NCBI GenBank assembly: GCA_036339875.1 | Contig: JAYZAC010000129.1 | Span: 1-22,970, forward strand | From: a bacterium | GTDB taxonomy: Bacteria; Muiribacteriota; UBA6191 | Direction of reading: 5' to 3' | DNA length: 22,970 nt | Shown here: piece after piece, positions 7,792 through 16,480 of the stretch | Position numbering within the stretch: the first letter of the stretch is position 1 | Layout of the letters: the number at the start of each line of letters is the position of its first letter | Notes under the pieces: generated by a model | What the model was told of the DNA's origin: nothing | What the model saw: only the letters and a program-made list of their open reading frames with translations | Database searches by the model: none | Program-made: the position numbers and the translations under genes

Positions 7792-8952
7792 TTATCGATC
7801 ACAAAGAAGCGAATAATTGTAATTGGCATTCACTAATCTCGTATGAACAAGATTTGATGTTAGACCCTGATCTACTTTACTTTTAACATGATATTCCATA
7901 TCTAGGCATGGTTCAGTTGTAGTAATCAGACTACTCGGAAGACTTACATGTATATGCCGGTCACTCCAGTGAATGATTCTCTCAGGTACTATATTTTCAC
8001 CATTTTCAACGATTTGATGAGTATCAGAAGACCAATTGTGACCATAAAGCGTGAGATGAGAATCAGTTTTAGGCCAAGCAATAATATTACCCTCTCCATC
8101 AGTAATATCAGGAGCAAAACTCGGTTTTATTTTATATAAGTTTTTGTCAAATCTTTCAATTAGCGGAACTGCAATAACCAACAGATGTCTCAGTTTATTA
8201 AAATCAGAGGACTGATGAACACCACCGACCGCCTCATAAACTCCCGAAATATTTGGGATATATTGATTACCGGAACCAGAGTCTACTCTGACACTTCCTA
8301 CCGGATAACTTCCAAAAAATGCAAAATGTATAAAAGAACCAGGTCGAGGCTTATGGATGTACATTGCACTTGTTCCATTACCCTCAAAAACAATGGTACC
8401 TTTAGAACTCTCCATTGATTCCAACTTCATAGATTCTTTGAACACCACTTTTGTACCATAATCGGCTGCCGTAGGTCCCATCCAATTCAATTGAAAAACA
8501 TTATTGCTGTAGGTGTAAGAGGAATTTGAAGGTAAAGTCATACTACTTAAATCATAGAATCCACCTTGAATAGGTGAAATAACTTGCCCGTCAAGTTCCA
8601 TCCAGAACCATCGATATCCACTAAAGAATTGACGAGTGTAAAGTTGATCAATTCCGTTACCCTGAGATGGACTACTTTTCAGAATTACACTTCCACCTCT
8701 TCCTGGTTCTGGCGCAAAAGAACCCATGATCATATTTAGACCGGAAGGAGATGGCTCGAAAGTGTGCAGTAATGTAGTAGGAGCGTTGAATTGCGAGCCT
8801 GGTTGAGTACCTAAGTTATAGCTCGACCCATGACTATCTTGGTATAATTGTTGGAATAACTGATACTTTCTAGAATCGCTTTCTTCAGATTCAAGTACCA
8901 TAAAGTTAGATAAAACCAAAAAAAGCGTTATTTTTGTAATAATTCCAAACAT
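7792..8952 (-). CDS. Secreted/anchored hypothetical protein with a C-terminal IPT/TIG-like domain
   Basis: Start moved from 9006 to ATG 8952 (MFGIITKITLFLVLSNF, a hydrophobic N-terminus, with less overlap with miaA); LTLYGHNW...IIHWSDRHIHVSLP resembles the IPT/TIG pattern. Confidence 0.6.
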   Translation of the reverse strand: MFGIITKITLFLVLSNFMVLESEESDSRKYQLFQQLYQDSHGSSYNLGTQPGSQFNAPTTLLHTFEPSPSGLNMIMGSFAPEPGRGGSVILKSSPSQGNGIDQLYTRQFFSGYRWFWMELDGQVISPIQGGFYDLSSMTLPSNSSYTYSNNVFQLNWMGPTAADYGTKVVFKESMKLESMESSKGTIVFEGNGTSAMYIHKPRPGSFIHFAFFGSYPVGSVRVDSGSGNQYIPNISGVYEAVGGVHQSSDFNKLRHLLVIAVPLIERFDKNLYKIKPSFAPDITDGEGNIIAWPKTDSHLTLYGHNWSSDTHQIVENGENIVPERIIHWSDRHIHVSLPSSLITTTEPCLDMEYHVKSKVDQGLTSNLVHTRLVNANYNYSLLCDR

Positions 8953-9836
8953 TCTTGCCTCTGATTCTGCCAAATTAACTGTAGATCTTTCATGGATCTG
9001 TACCAAGTAAGTTGTCGCTTAAGAAACCGTCTAGTATTTCTCTGAAATCGCTCAACCCAATCCGCTTTTGATATTAAACCTTCTATGTAATCTCTCGTTT
9101 CAGGAAATCCAATTGCTTGGCATATTGTAAAACCATCATTGATGTTACGCTTTAATAGGCTATCTACTTCAGCTTCTACTCCTCGACTTATCATTTTCTC
9201 TACCCTCTTATTCACTCCATTATAAAGAATTTCACGCTCCTCCATCAGGCAGACTTTTCGCCACATTGGACAAAAGCGCTTCAGATCATTACGCGTTTGT
9301 TTGGGAGCATCAGAATGATCAGATATCTCAATCGATCGAATTACCCTTTTTAAGTCATTAGGATGCAATTCCGCAGCTCGCACTGGGTTTTTCTCAACTA
9401 GAATTTTGTAGACAGCAGATCTACCTTCTTGCTCCGCTAAAGACTGTAAATCCTCGCGTAATTTTGGATTTTGCTCAAAGCCTCGTTGTTCAAATCCATC
9501 ATAAAGAACTTTGAGATATAAGCCCGTTCCACCAACCAATAAAGGCGTAACTTGTCGCCTCCAGCAATCAATAATTTTCTCAACAGCTAAATCATAATAT
9601 TCCGCTATGGAAAAATTTCGATCTGGTTCAATAATTTCATACAGATGATGAGCAACAGCTGAATACTCCTCTTGAGAAGGACATGCTGACAAAATTGGTA
9701 TATCTCGATACACTTGAAATGCATCTAAACAAATAATTTCAGCGCCTAACTTTAAAGCTAGATTGATACTAAATTCTGTTTTGCCTACACCGGTGGGTCC
9801 ACACAAAACCCAGATCTGAGGTGATTCTAAGAACAC
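8928..9836 (-). CDS. miaA: tRNA dimethylallyltransferase
   Basis: GPTGVGKT P-loop, DAFQVY, VGGTGLY, HPND.KRVIR, QAIG, KRQLTW; GTG start directly after the mutL stop; mutL-miaA synteny is classical. Confidence 0.97.
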   Translation of the reverse strand: MFLESPQIWVLCGPTGVGKTEFSINLALKLGAEIICLDAFQVYRDIPILSACPSQEEYSAVAHHLYEIIEPDRNFSIAEYYDLAVEKIIDCWRRQVTPLLVGGTGLYLKVLYDGFEQRGFEQNPKLREDLQSLAEQEGRSAVYKILVEKNPVRAAELHPNDLKRVIRSIEISDHSDAPKQTRNDLKRFCPMWRKVCLMEEREILYNGVNKRVEKMISRGVEAEVDSLLKRNINDGFTICQAIGFPETRDYIEGLISKADWVERFQRNTRRFLKRQLTWYRSMKDLQLIWQNQRQECLELLQK

Positions 9837-11786
9837 TCAATCTTGCCTTTTGTAAACTCTATCAAACTTCTTATATAACTCTTTGTAGGACATTTCCACT
9901 AGAATCGGACGTCCATGAGGACAGTGAAAAGGGTTCTCACACTTAGATAGATCGCGCAATAAAATCTGCATTTCCTTTTCTCCAAGCTCATCACCTGCTT
10001 TGATTGAACCTCTACACGCCATACTTTCTGCAATTTCAGCGTAATGCTCTTCCAATCGTGTGAAACCAAAGGAATCCTCGAGGCTAGCAATCAATTCATC
10101 GATAAAGTCATGATTTATCTCTTCAGACAAGCCCTCGGGCACAGCAAGAATTTTTAATTGATTATTTTGCAAATCAACCTTAAATCCTAAACCTATTAAC
10201 AAATCTGCGCGAGACTCTATCAAGGCAACTTGCGTTGAACTCAGTTCAAAACTTATTGGTACTAATAAATTCCTAGATTGCCTACTGCGATTACCCTTTA
10301 AGGACTCAAAAATGTTTTCATAAAGTATTCGTTCTTGCGCAACATGTTGATCTACAACAACCAGAGAGTCCTGATACTCTGCGAGAATGAAAGTCTTTTT
10401 CAACTGCCCAATAATTCTCATTTCCTTGAAATCAGCAGGAAATAAACCATAGTTCGGTTTACTCTCTACCTCAATTACAGAGGGTATCTCTACTGTTTCT
10501 GTCTGAAGATTTTCGGTGGGAGACTCAATGGTAGATAGAATCTCTTGCAAACCCTCACGATTCATCTTAGGTATTAATGTTTCTGAATGTTTACTGGTCA
10601 TGTTTGTAAGGTTTGAGTCGTTGATGGGTCCTGCTGAATTCTGCATTAATAATTCTTGAGGTAATGAAGATTCTGTAAAAAAATCCGTCAGCCCTAATTG
10701 ACTTGATCGAGCTTCTTCCATTTTTACTTGTTCGGTGAGCTTAGTCGAAGGTTTCAGTTTTTCATCATCAAGCTCTACTTTTGGAACACTAGAACGCTCT
10801 AATAATGCACTACGCAAAGATTTTGCAATGAACTCCAGTAAGAGCGGCTCGTTTTCAATACGAAGCTCTAATTTCATTGGGTGTACGTTTACATCTAACA
10901 TTGCAGGAGGTATCTGCAAAAAGATCAATCCTAGCGGCCATTTTTTCATCGCACTAAGGTTTTCATATGCCGTTTGGATAGCCTTCAAGATGGGTGGATG
11001 TTTAATGATTCTACGATTTATGAATAATCTTAAATCCTTGCTATTACTTCGATACATCGTCGAAGGTGAAAGAAATCCATGAATTTGCATTCCAAGAATT
11101 GGATGCTTCTTGTGAGGTATTTCTATCATTTTACGAGATTCTCGAGCCCCAAAGAGTGCGGCTAGAATTTCTGGGTAACTACCCTGTCCACTTGAAACGA
11201 GAACTCGCTGACCGTTATGGCTCAATTGAAAGCCCACCTCAGGATGGGTGGCCATGAAGGATTGTACTAAATCGACCACTAATGCTTTTTCATAATTATC
11301 AGACTTTAAAAATTTTAGACGAGCCGGAATGTTATAGAAAAGTTCTTTTATTTCTACTCTTGTACCTCTTGCCCGTGCACTGGGACCAAAGCCTTGAACC
11401 TTACCAGCCATAACATTCATTAAGCAAGCTTCACTCTGATTTGTGATGCTTTCGATAGTTAACTTACTAACGGCGGCCACGCTAGCTAATGCTTCTCCTC
11501 TAAAACCAAAACTAATAAGATCTAAAAAGTCTTCCAAACGACTAATCTTGGACGTCGCATGACTAAGAATACAAAGCTCGAGGTCTTGGGCTGACATCCC
11601 CTCGCCATCATCAGCTACTGAAATTAGTCTCTTTCCCCCATACTGCAGCTCTATTTGGACGTTAGATGCACCAGCGTCTAAACTGTTTTCTATTAACTCT
11701 TTAACCGCATTCAAAGGTCTGGTAATTACTTCACCCGCAGCTACTTTGGAGGCCAAAGAGGAATCCATCACTCGTATTTTTGCCAA
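9837..11786 (-). CDS. mutL: DNA mismatch repair endonuclease MutL
   Basis: AAGEVI, KELIENSLDAGA, GFRGEALAS, DVNVHP.K; C-terminal DQHVAQERILYE, ACR and CPHGRP endonuclease motifs; TTG start with AGGAGGTG SD. Confidence 0.98.
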   Translation of the reverse strand: MAKIRVMDSSLASKVAAGEVITRPLNAVKELIENSLDAGASNVQIELQYGGKRLISVADDGEGMSAQDLELCILSHATSKISRLEDFLDLISFGFRGEALASVAAVSKLTIESITNQSEACLMNVMAGKVQGFGPSARARGTRVEIKELFYNIPARLKFLKSDNYEKALVVDLVQSFMATHPEVGFQLSHNGQRVLVSSGQGSYPEILAALFGARESRKMIEIPHKKHPILGMQIHGFLSPSTMYRSNSKDLRLFINRRIIKHPPILKAIQTAYENLSAMKKWPLGLIFLQIPPAMLDVNVHPMKLELRIENEPLLLEFIAKSLRSALLERSSVPKVELDDEKLKPSTKLTEQVKMEEARSSQLGLTDFFTESSLPQELLMQNSAGPINDSNLTNMTSKHSETLIPKMNREGLQEILSTIESPTENLQTETVEIPSVIEVESKPNYGLFPADFKEMRIIGQLKKTFILAEYQDSLVVVDQHVAQERILYENIFESLKGNRSRQSRNLLVPISFELSSTQVALIESRADLLIGLGFKVDLQNNQLKILAVPEGLSEEINHDFIDELIASLEDSFGFTRLEEHYAEIAESMACRGSIKAGDELGEKEMQILLRDLSKCENPFHCPHGRPILVEMSYKELYKKFDRVYKRQD

Positions 11787-12796
11787 AGTCCACCTCCTTC
11801 AACATTCTGTAAAGGCATACGTGAAAACGCATCAACACATAATTTGCTGTATTGTTTCTGATGAACGAACCGCTCCCATCCAGACCTTGCCACCATAGCT
11901 CCATTATCAGTACATAATTTGAGTGTAGGCATTGCTAAACGAACCTTTGCAGATCGACACAAATCTTGAAATCGTGCTCTCAAGCCCGAGTTTGCCGAAA
12001 CTCCCCCAGCGAGAAGTAGAGTCTTCAAATTGTATTCCTTCAAAGCCTTCATTGTCTTGTGTGTCAATACCTTAACGGCTGAAGACTGTAAGGCTTCACA
12101 GATTTGATTCACATTGTAACCATTATCCATAGCAAGAAGACATGCTGTCTTAAGACCACTGAAACTAAAATCATAATCTTTAGTATGCAGCATGGGAGGA
12201 GTCAGCATTAAATTGTTTTTACCTTCGAATTCACGAGCCACTTTATCAACTACTGGGCCTCCGGGCATACCTAATCCAAGTTTTTTAGCTATTTTGTCAT
12301 AGACCTCACCTACAGCATCATCTCGAGTTTCACCAAGTAGCTTAAACTCTCCGGGGCTCTCCAAAATATATAGGCAACTATGGCCACCACTAACTAGTAA
12401 TCCGAGCATCGGATATTCCAGATTTTCATGTTCTAGAAAATTGGCTGCAAAATGAGCCTCAAGATGATGAACTGCGATAAAAGGCTTGTTAAGGCATAAT
12501 GCTAAAGTCTTGGCCGCCGTCAAACCTACCAGTAAGGAACCTATTAAACCTGGCCCCGTAGTACCCGCGACTAAATCAATCTCCGATAAATCTAATCCCG
12601 ATTGTTTCAAAGCCTCAGCCATAACAGGAAAAATACTATCCATATGACCTCTTGCGGCTAACTCTGGAACGACTCCTCCAAATGGTGCATGTAAATCAAC
12701 TTGGCTTTTTTTAACCAGCGACAATAGTTCATCACCATTTCTGAGAATTGCAACAGAGGTGTCATCGCATGAGGATTCAATTCCAATGGTCAACAT
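11768..12796 (-). CDS. tsaD: tRNA N6-threonylcarbamoyladenosine transferase TsaD
   Basis: GIESSCDDT, GGVVPELAAR.H, GPGLIGSL, HHLEAH, VSGGH, DDAVGEVYDK, FSFSGLKTA, GGVSAN, TDNGAM. Confidence 0.97.
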   Translation of the reverse strand: MLTIGIESSCDDTSVAILRNGDELLSLVKKSQVDLHAPFGGVVPELAARGHMDSIFPVMAEALKQSGLDLSEIDLVAGTTGPGLIGSLLVGLTAAKTLALCLNKPFIAVHHLEAHFAANFLEHENLEYPMLGLLVSGGHSCLYILESPGEFKLLGETRDDAVGEVYDKIAKKLGLGMPGGPVVDKVAREFEGKNNLMLTPPMLHTKDYDFSFSGLKTACLLAMDNGYNVNQICEALQSSAVKVLTHKTMKALKEYNLKTLLLAGGVSANSGLRARFQDLCRSAKVRLAMPTLKLCTDNGAMVARSGWERFVHQKQYSKLCVDAFSRMPLQNVEGGGLWQKYE

Positions 12797-12797
12797 A

Positions 12798-13502
12798 TCA
12801 TCTCTCTTTCAAATTGAAATATTCCAAATCAAATTGCTGAGGAATTTTATTTTCACCATACCACTCAGTAAAGAATTGGTTTAGAAACTGTAATAAAAAT
12901 TGATGACGAGCTTTTGCCAAATCTTTGCCAGACTGCGTGTGTAATCTATCCTTGAGTAACAATAACTTTTCGTAGAAATGATGAATGGAAGGTGATTTTG
13001 AATTATGATATTCCATGGCATCACTATGCTGAGACACATTGAATTTTGGGTCAAAAATAGACATACCCTTGCTGCCTCCGTAGGCGAAACATCTCGCCAC
13101 ACCTATTGCCCCAATAGCATCTATACGATCTGCATCTCTGACTATCTGGGCCTCAAGACTCAAGCTCTCTTCTGCAACTTCGGCTCCCTTGAAGCTTATT
13201 TTTGGAATCTCGTTGAGTAATCTTTCCACAAGACTTTCCTTAATATCAAGATCTGTCAAAAATTCAGCCAAGATTTCAGCCTGTCCATCTAGTCCTCGAT
13301 TATGAAACTTCCAATCTCCCACGTCATGCAGTAATGCAATCAGTTCAACAACAAAGAGATCTGCTTTTTCTAGGTGGGCAAGTTCCAACGCTAATCGCCG
13401 TACTCGATTTATATGATAATAGTCATGACCTGACGTGTCCGACTCAAAAGATTTTTCTATGCGAAGTTCAATCTGGCGAATTATAGAAGTAGACTGATGC
13501 AT
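12798..13502 (-). CDS. HD-domain metal-dependent phosphohydrolase (YpgQ/YedJ-like)
   Basis: GHDYYHINRV, LLHDVGD, DADRIDAIGAIG, HFYEKLL.LKD, A..RH; GAGG SD. Confidence 0.9.
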   Translation of the reverse strand: MHQSTSIIRQIELRIEKSFESDTSGHDYYHINRVRRLALELAHLEKADLFVVELIALLHDVGDWKFHNRGLDGQAEILAEFLTDLDIKESLVERLLNEIPKISFKGAEVAEESLSLEAQIVRDADRIDAIGAIGVARCFAYGGSKGMSIFDPKFNVSQHSDAMEYHNSKSPSIHHFYEKLLLLKDRLHTQSGKDLAKARHQFLLQFLNQFFTEWYGENKIPQQFDLEYFNLKER

Positions 13503-13519
13503 TAAAACCTCGGCTCGCT

Positions 13520-13924
13520 TTATCGTCTTAATATCTCTTTTTTCATCTGCTCATAGTCTGATTCTTCGATGGCACCCTCGACTAATAGTTGGCGAAGTTC
13601 CTTGAGTTCTTGCGTTTTAGAGATACTAGACTGTTTTCTGCGAGTTTGAGGAGGAGGAGCGTGAAGTAGCGAATCCGTTCTATGAGATTCTACTCTCAAT
13701 CTGTGCATCAATTCATAATTATAGATTAAGTTAAATTGACGATCGTCCATATTTAGAAATTTGACCCCATCCACAACACAGAGAACGAGTGGAATAAAAG
13801 TCCACCAAAATATAACGTACAAGAAGCCGGACAAATAATTGCCAAGATAGAATTTATGTAGTCCAGCCCCACCAAAAAACAGCGAAAGAAAGGCTAAAGC
13901 AGTTGTCAATTCTTTATTTTTCAA
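13520..13924 (-). CDS. TM2 (NINE) domain membrane protein with a C-terminal SHOCT domain
   Basis: KNK...A.L...GG.GLHKFYLG...G.LY..F.WT.IP = TM2; EL.EL..L...GAI.E..YE..K..IL = SHOCT; TTG start with AGGAG SD. Confidence 0.88.
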   Translation of the reverse strand: MKNKELTTALAFLSLFFGGAGLHKFYLGNYLSGFLYVIFWWTFIPLVLCVVDGVKFLNMDDRQFNLIYNYELMHRLRVESHRTDSLLHAPPPQTRRKQSSISKTQELKELRQLLVEGAIEESDYEQMKKEILRR

Positions 13925-13926
13925 CT

Positions 13927-14460
13927 TTACTCCTGCTTCTCCAAATCCCTCATACGCTGATTCAAATCTTTCCCAATCGATAGACGTGTTTGTATTACAA
14001 CATAATCGGTACTGAGTTTATATCTCCATTGTCCGTTCTCTAAGTCCAATTCTTCTTCAACTATCCCCTCTTGCACCATTTTCTGAAGTGTGGGCACCAG
14101 AGCTTTATCTAGAAATTGACTTTGATCCTTAATATTATCGTAATTCATTACGCCATGTGCTTTCAGAATTGATATCAGAATTGTACTTCTTTCTTGGTAA
14201 AGTGAGTTACTCATTTTTAGTGAACTACGGTTTCGATTGTGGGATGTTATAAATTGTTCATAGATTAACCATAAAATGCCTGTGGTAGCGACCATTCCCA
14301 TAAGCCAAGAAAGTACACTTGTCTGAGAACTGGTTAACACACCAACCGCGCATCCTACGGTGACGGCTAGCAGCGTTGACTGCCTCCGATGATTTCTCAC
14401 AATTTCTAGCTGAGATGCGTTCCGAGGAACTATTTTTGTATCTGTATCAAGATCTCCCAT
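13927..14460 (-). CDS. Two-TM membrane protein with a C-terminal winged-helix-like domain
   Basis: Start placed at ATG 14460 (the extension to 14559 crosses the divergent promoter region, and TGcTATTAT lies just upstream at 14479-14471); two hydrophobic segments, then ILKAHG.M...I......L..TLQKMVQEGIVEEE.....WRYKL, a wHTH pattern. Confidence 0.6.
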   Translation of the reverse strand: MGDLDTDTKIVPRNASQLEIVRNHRRQSTLLAVTVGCAVGVLTSSQTSVLSWLMGMVATTGILWLIYEQFITSHNRNRSSLKMSNSLYQERSTILISILKAHGVMNYDNIKDQSQFLDKALVPTLQKMVQEGIVEEELDLENGQWRYKLSTDYVVIQTRLSIGKDLNQRMRDLEKQE

Positions 14461-14604
14461 AACTTTAAAAATAATAGCACATGGGGAGATCAAAATGCTC
14501 AATACAACTACCCTGACACAAGTCACCTGACGAAAGAATAGTTTGGAACATAAACACATATTCTTGGAACTAAGCTCAGAATATGAAATAATTAAATAAG
14601 AAAC

Positions 14605-14620
14605 TTGGCATGTTTCTTGA
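14605..14620 (+). promoter_or_regulatory. Candidate sigma54 (-24/-12) promoter upstream of the BI-1/YccA gene
   Basis: TTGGCATGTTTCTTGA versus consensus TGGCACG-N4-TTGC; exact spacing, with C to A at -12. Confidence 0.4.
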
Positions 14621-14700
14621 ATATTGTTTGTTATATACAGTGGTTTTTTTCAAAACGAACATATCGTTAGTAAAATTATCATAATGATACGGGAGGAAAA

Positions 14701-15444
14701 ATGGAATTTCGTGAACGTGATTCTCAATATGAGACTCAAGCACAATACGAGTTTGCTGGAGCCGCTGCTCAGGAGACTGTAATAGATAACAATGGTTTAG
14801 CAGTTTATACAGCTCAAGTATTCGGTTGGATGTTTGCTGCTCTACTTGTAACTGCAGGTGTATCACTAGGTGTATTAAGTAGTGAGGAACTTTTTCACAC
14901 GGTCAGAGGATTTGTTTGGCCTTTGATTGCTGTAAAGTTCTTTTTAGTATTTATGTTCGCAGCCAGTGTTCACAGAATGAGCGCACCCATTGCGGGAATC
15001 TGCTTCTTCACTTACTCGGTAGCCACAGGATTATGGCTCAGCATCATATTAGCAATGTACACGGCCACATCAGCGGCTAATGTCTTTATGATAACGGCAG
15101 GAACTTTCGGAATCATGGCAGTATATGGCTTCACCACTAAGAAGAATCTAACTTCAATGGGTAGTCTACTTTTTACGGCTTTGATAGGTGTTATCTTAGC
15201 AACTGTTCTGAATATCTTCCTTTTCCAATCTGGTATGTTAAGTTTGATAGTTTCATGCCTTGCTGTTTTCATATTCACAGGCCTTATAGCTTATGACACG
15301 CAAAAGATTCGAGAAACTTACATCAATGGTATGGAATCTACCAGCGAAGGCCAAAAGTACGCAATGTATGCCGCGTTCAGCCTGTACCTTGATTTCGTAG
15401 GCTTATTCGTTCACCTTCTACAACTTCTTGGAGACAGAGAGTAA
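14701..15444 (+). CDS. Bax inhibitor-1/YccA (TMBIM) family membrane protein
   Basis: VFGWM...L.VTA, YGFTTKKNLTSMGS.L, FTGLIAYDTQKI, A.SLYLDF...F..LL.LLG; about 7 TM helices; GGGAGG SD. Confidence 0.95.
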   Translation: MEFRERDSQYETQAQYEFAGAAAQETVIDNNGLAVYTAQVFGWMFAALLVTAGVSLGVLSSEELFHTVRGFVWPLIAVKFFLVFMFAASVHRMSAPIAGICFFTYSVATGLWLSIILAMYTATSAANVFMITAGTFGIMAVYGFTTKKNLTSMGSLLFTALIGVILATVLNIFLFQSGMLSLIVSCLAVFIFTGLIAYDTQKIRETYINGMESTSEGQKYAMYAAFSLYLDFVGLFVHLLQLLGDRE

Positions 15445-15467
15445 TTAATTGTATATAGTTTACTGCG

Positions 15468-15502
15468 AACGCCACTATTTCTGATGGATAGTGGCGTTTT
15501 TT
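15468..15502 (+). terminator. Intrinsic terminator between the convergent BI-1/YccA and USP genes
   Basis: AACGCCACTAT (15468-15478), 9-nt loop, ATAGTGGCGTT (15488-15498), running into a T tract. Confidence 0.85.
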
Positions 15503-16346
15503 ATTGCATCAGCAGAATCGGAATCTGTGACTGGGTAAGCACTTGCCGAGCTACTCCGCCCACAAACAAATCCTTAATGAATGCGCCGCTATATCGTCCC
15601 ATACAAATGAGATCACAGTTGCTTACAATTGCATGATCCAAAATCATCTGAGAAGCGGGTCCCTGAATCATACGCGCATTAAACTCTATTGAAGCTCTTT
15701 GTAAAATTTCTTTAGCCTCTGTCAAAACATTTTCAGCATCTAATAATGCCTCGTCCTTACAAACCACTAATTCACATTCCAAATTGTAGTCTCTTACACT
15801 TTGAATTACGAAATGTAGAGCATTGTTAGATCTTGGTGATCCATCATATGCCACAAGTACACGTCTAATGTAAAAGCGATTTACCTGATTAGGAACCACT
15901 AAAATCGGTCTATTAACAAGTTGAACTACTTCATTAAATGTACTGCCCACCAATAACTGACTAAGTTGGAAGTTTTCGCCTTTGGTTCCTATCACCAGTA
16001 AATCGTGCTTACGAGCTTCATTTGCTAACTCTTCGCTAACAATACCCTCTGGACATTGAAATGTTCCCTTTAAGTGGTGTTGATCGCTACCGTGCTTCCA
16101 AGCGGAATGCAATATACTCTTCAATTTCTCCATTCGCTCTCGAACCAGTGCTTGTAAATTCGGAACCGAACTCAATCCTGCAGAATAAAGTACATCTTCC
16201 ATAAATGGAGAATACAATTTACGTACATCAAGCACGTGAATACCATGAACCTCGGATTCAAAGTATTGAGCCAATTCCAAGCCATACTTGAGTACAATGT
16301 CCATATTTTCGCCACTATCAAGAGCAACTAAAACGCTTTTAATCAT
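15501..16346 (-). CDS. Universal stress protein, tandem USP domains
   Basis: IKSVLVALDSG...DLLVIG..G......VGST......RPILVVP, then RRVLVAYDGS...DLICMG.Y...VGG...VL.....PIL; AAGGAG SD. Confidence 0.93.
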   Translation of the reverse strand: MIKSVLVALDSGENMDIVLKYGLELAQYFESEVHGIHVLDVRKLYSPFMEDVLYSAGLSSVPNLQALVRERMEKLKSILHSAWKHGSDQHHLKGTFQCPEGIVSEELANEARKHDLLVIGTKGENFQLSQLLVGSTFNEVVQLVNRPILVVPNQVNRFYIRRVLVAYDGSPRSNNALHFVIQSVRDYNLECELVVCKDEALLDAENVLTEAKEILQRASIEFNARMIQGPASQMILDHAIVSNCDLICMGRYSGAFIKDLFVGGVARQVLTQSQIPILLMQ

Positions 16347-16420
16347 AAATTACTCCTTGTGCATTGCAAATATTGTATAGCATCATTCCATTACTTCCCA
16401 GTGAACTGACAACCCTAAAG

Positions 16421-16449
16421 TTGATTGAAAGCAAATTAATCGCTACACT
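16421..16449 (+). promoter_or_regulatory. Candidate sigma70 promoter for the symporter, with an FNR/CRP-like box overlapping the -35
   Basis: TTGATT (16421-16426), 17 nt spacer, TACACT (16444-16449); TTGAT-tgaa-AGCAA (16421-16434) is one mismatch from TTGAT-N4-ATCAA. Confidence 0.4.
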
Positions 16450-16480
16450 GATGCATCGAACCGACCCTTGGAGAAGACGT

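Noticed and set aside
14576..14866. 96-aa minus-strand ORF
   Set aside because: It overlaps the BI-1/YccA gene and its promoter antisense and has no recognisable features.
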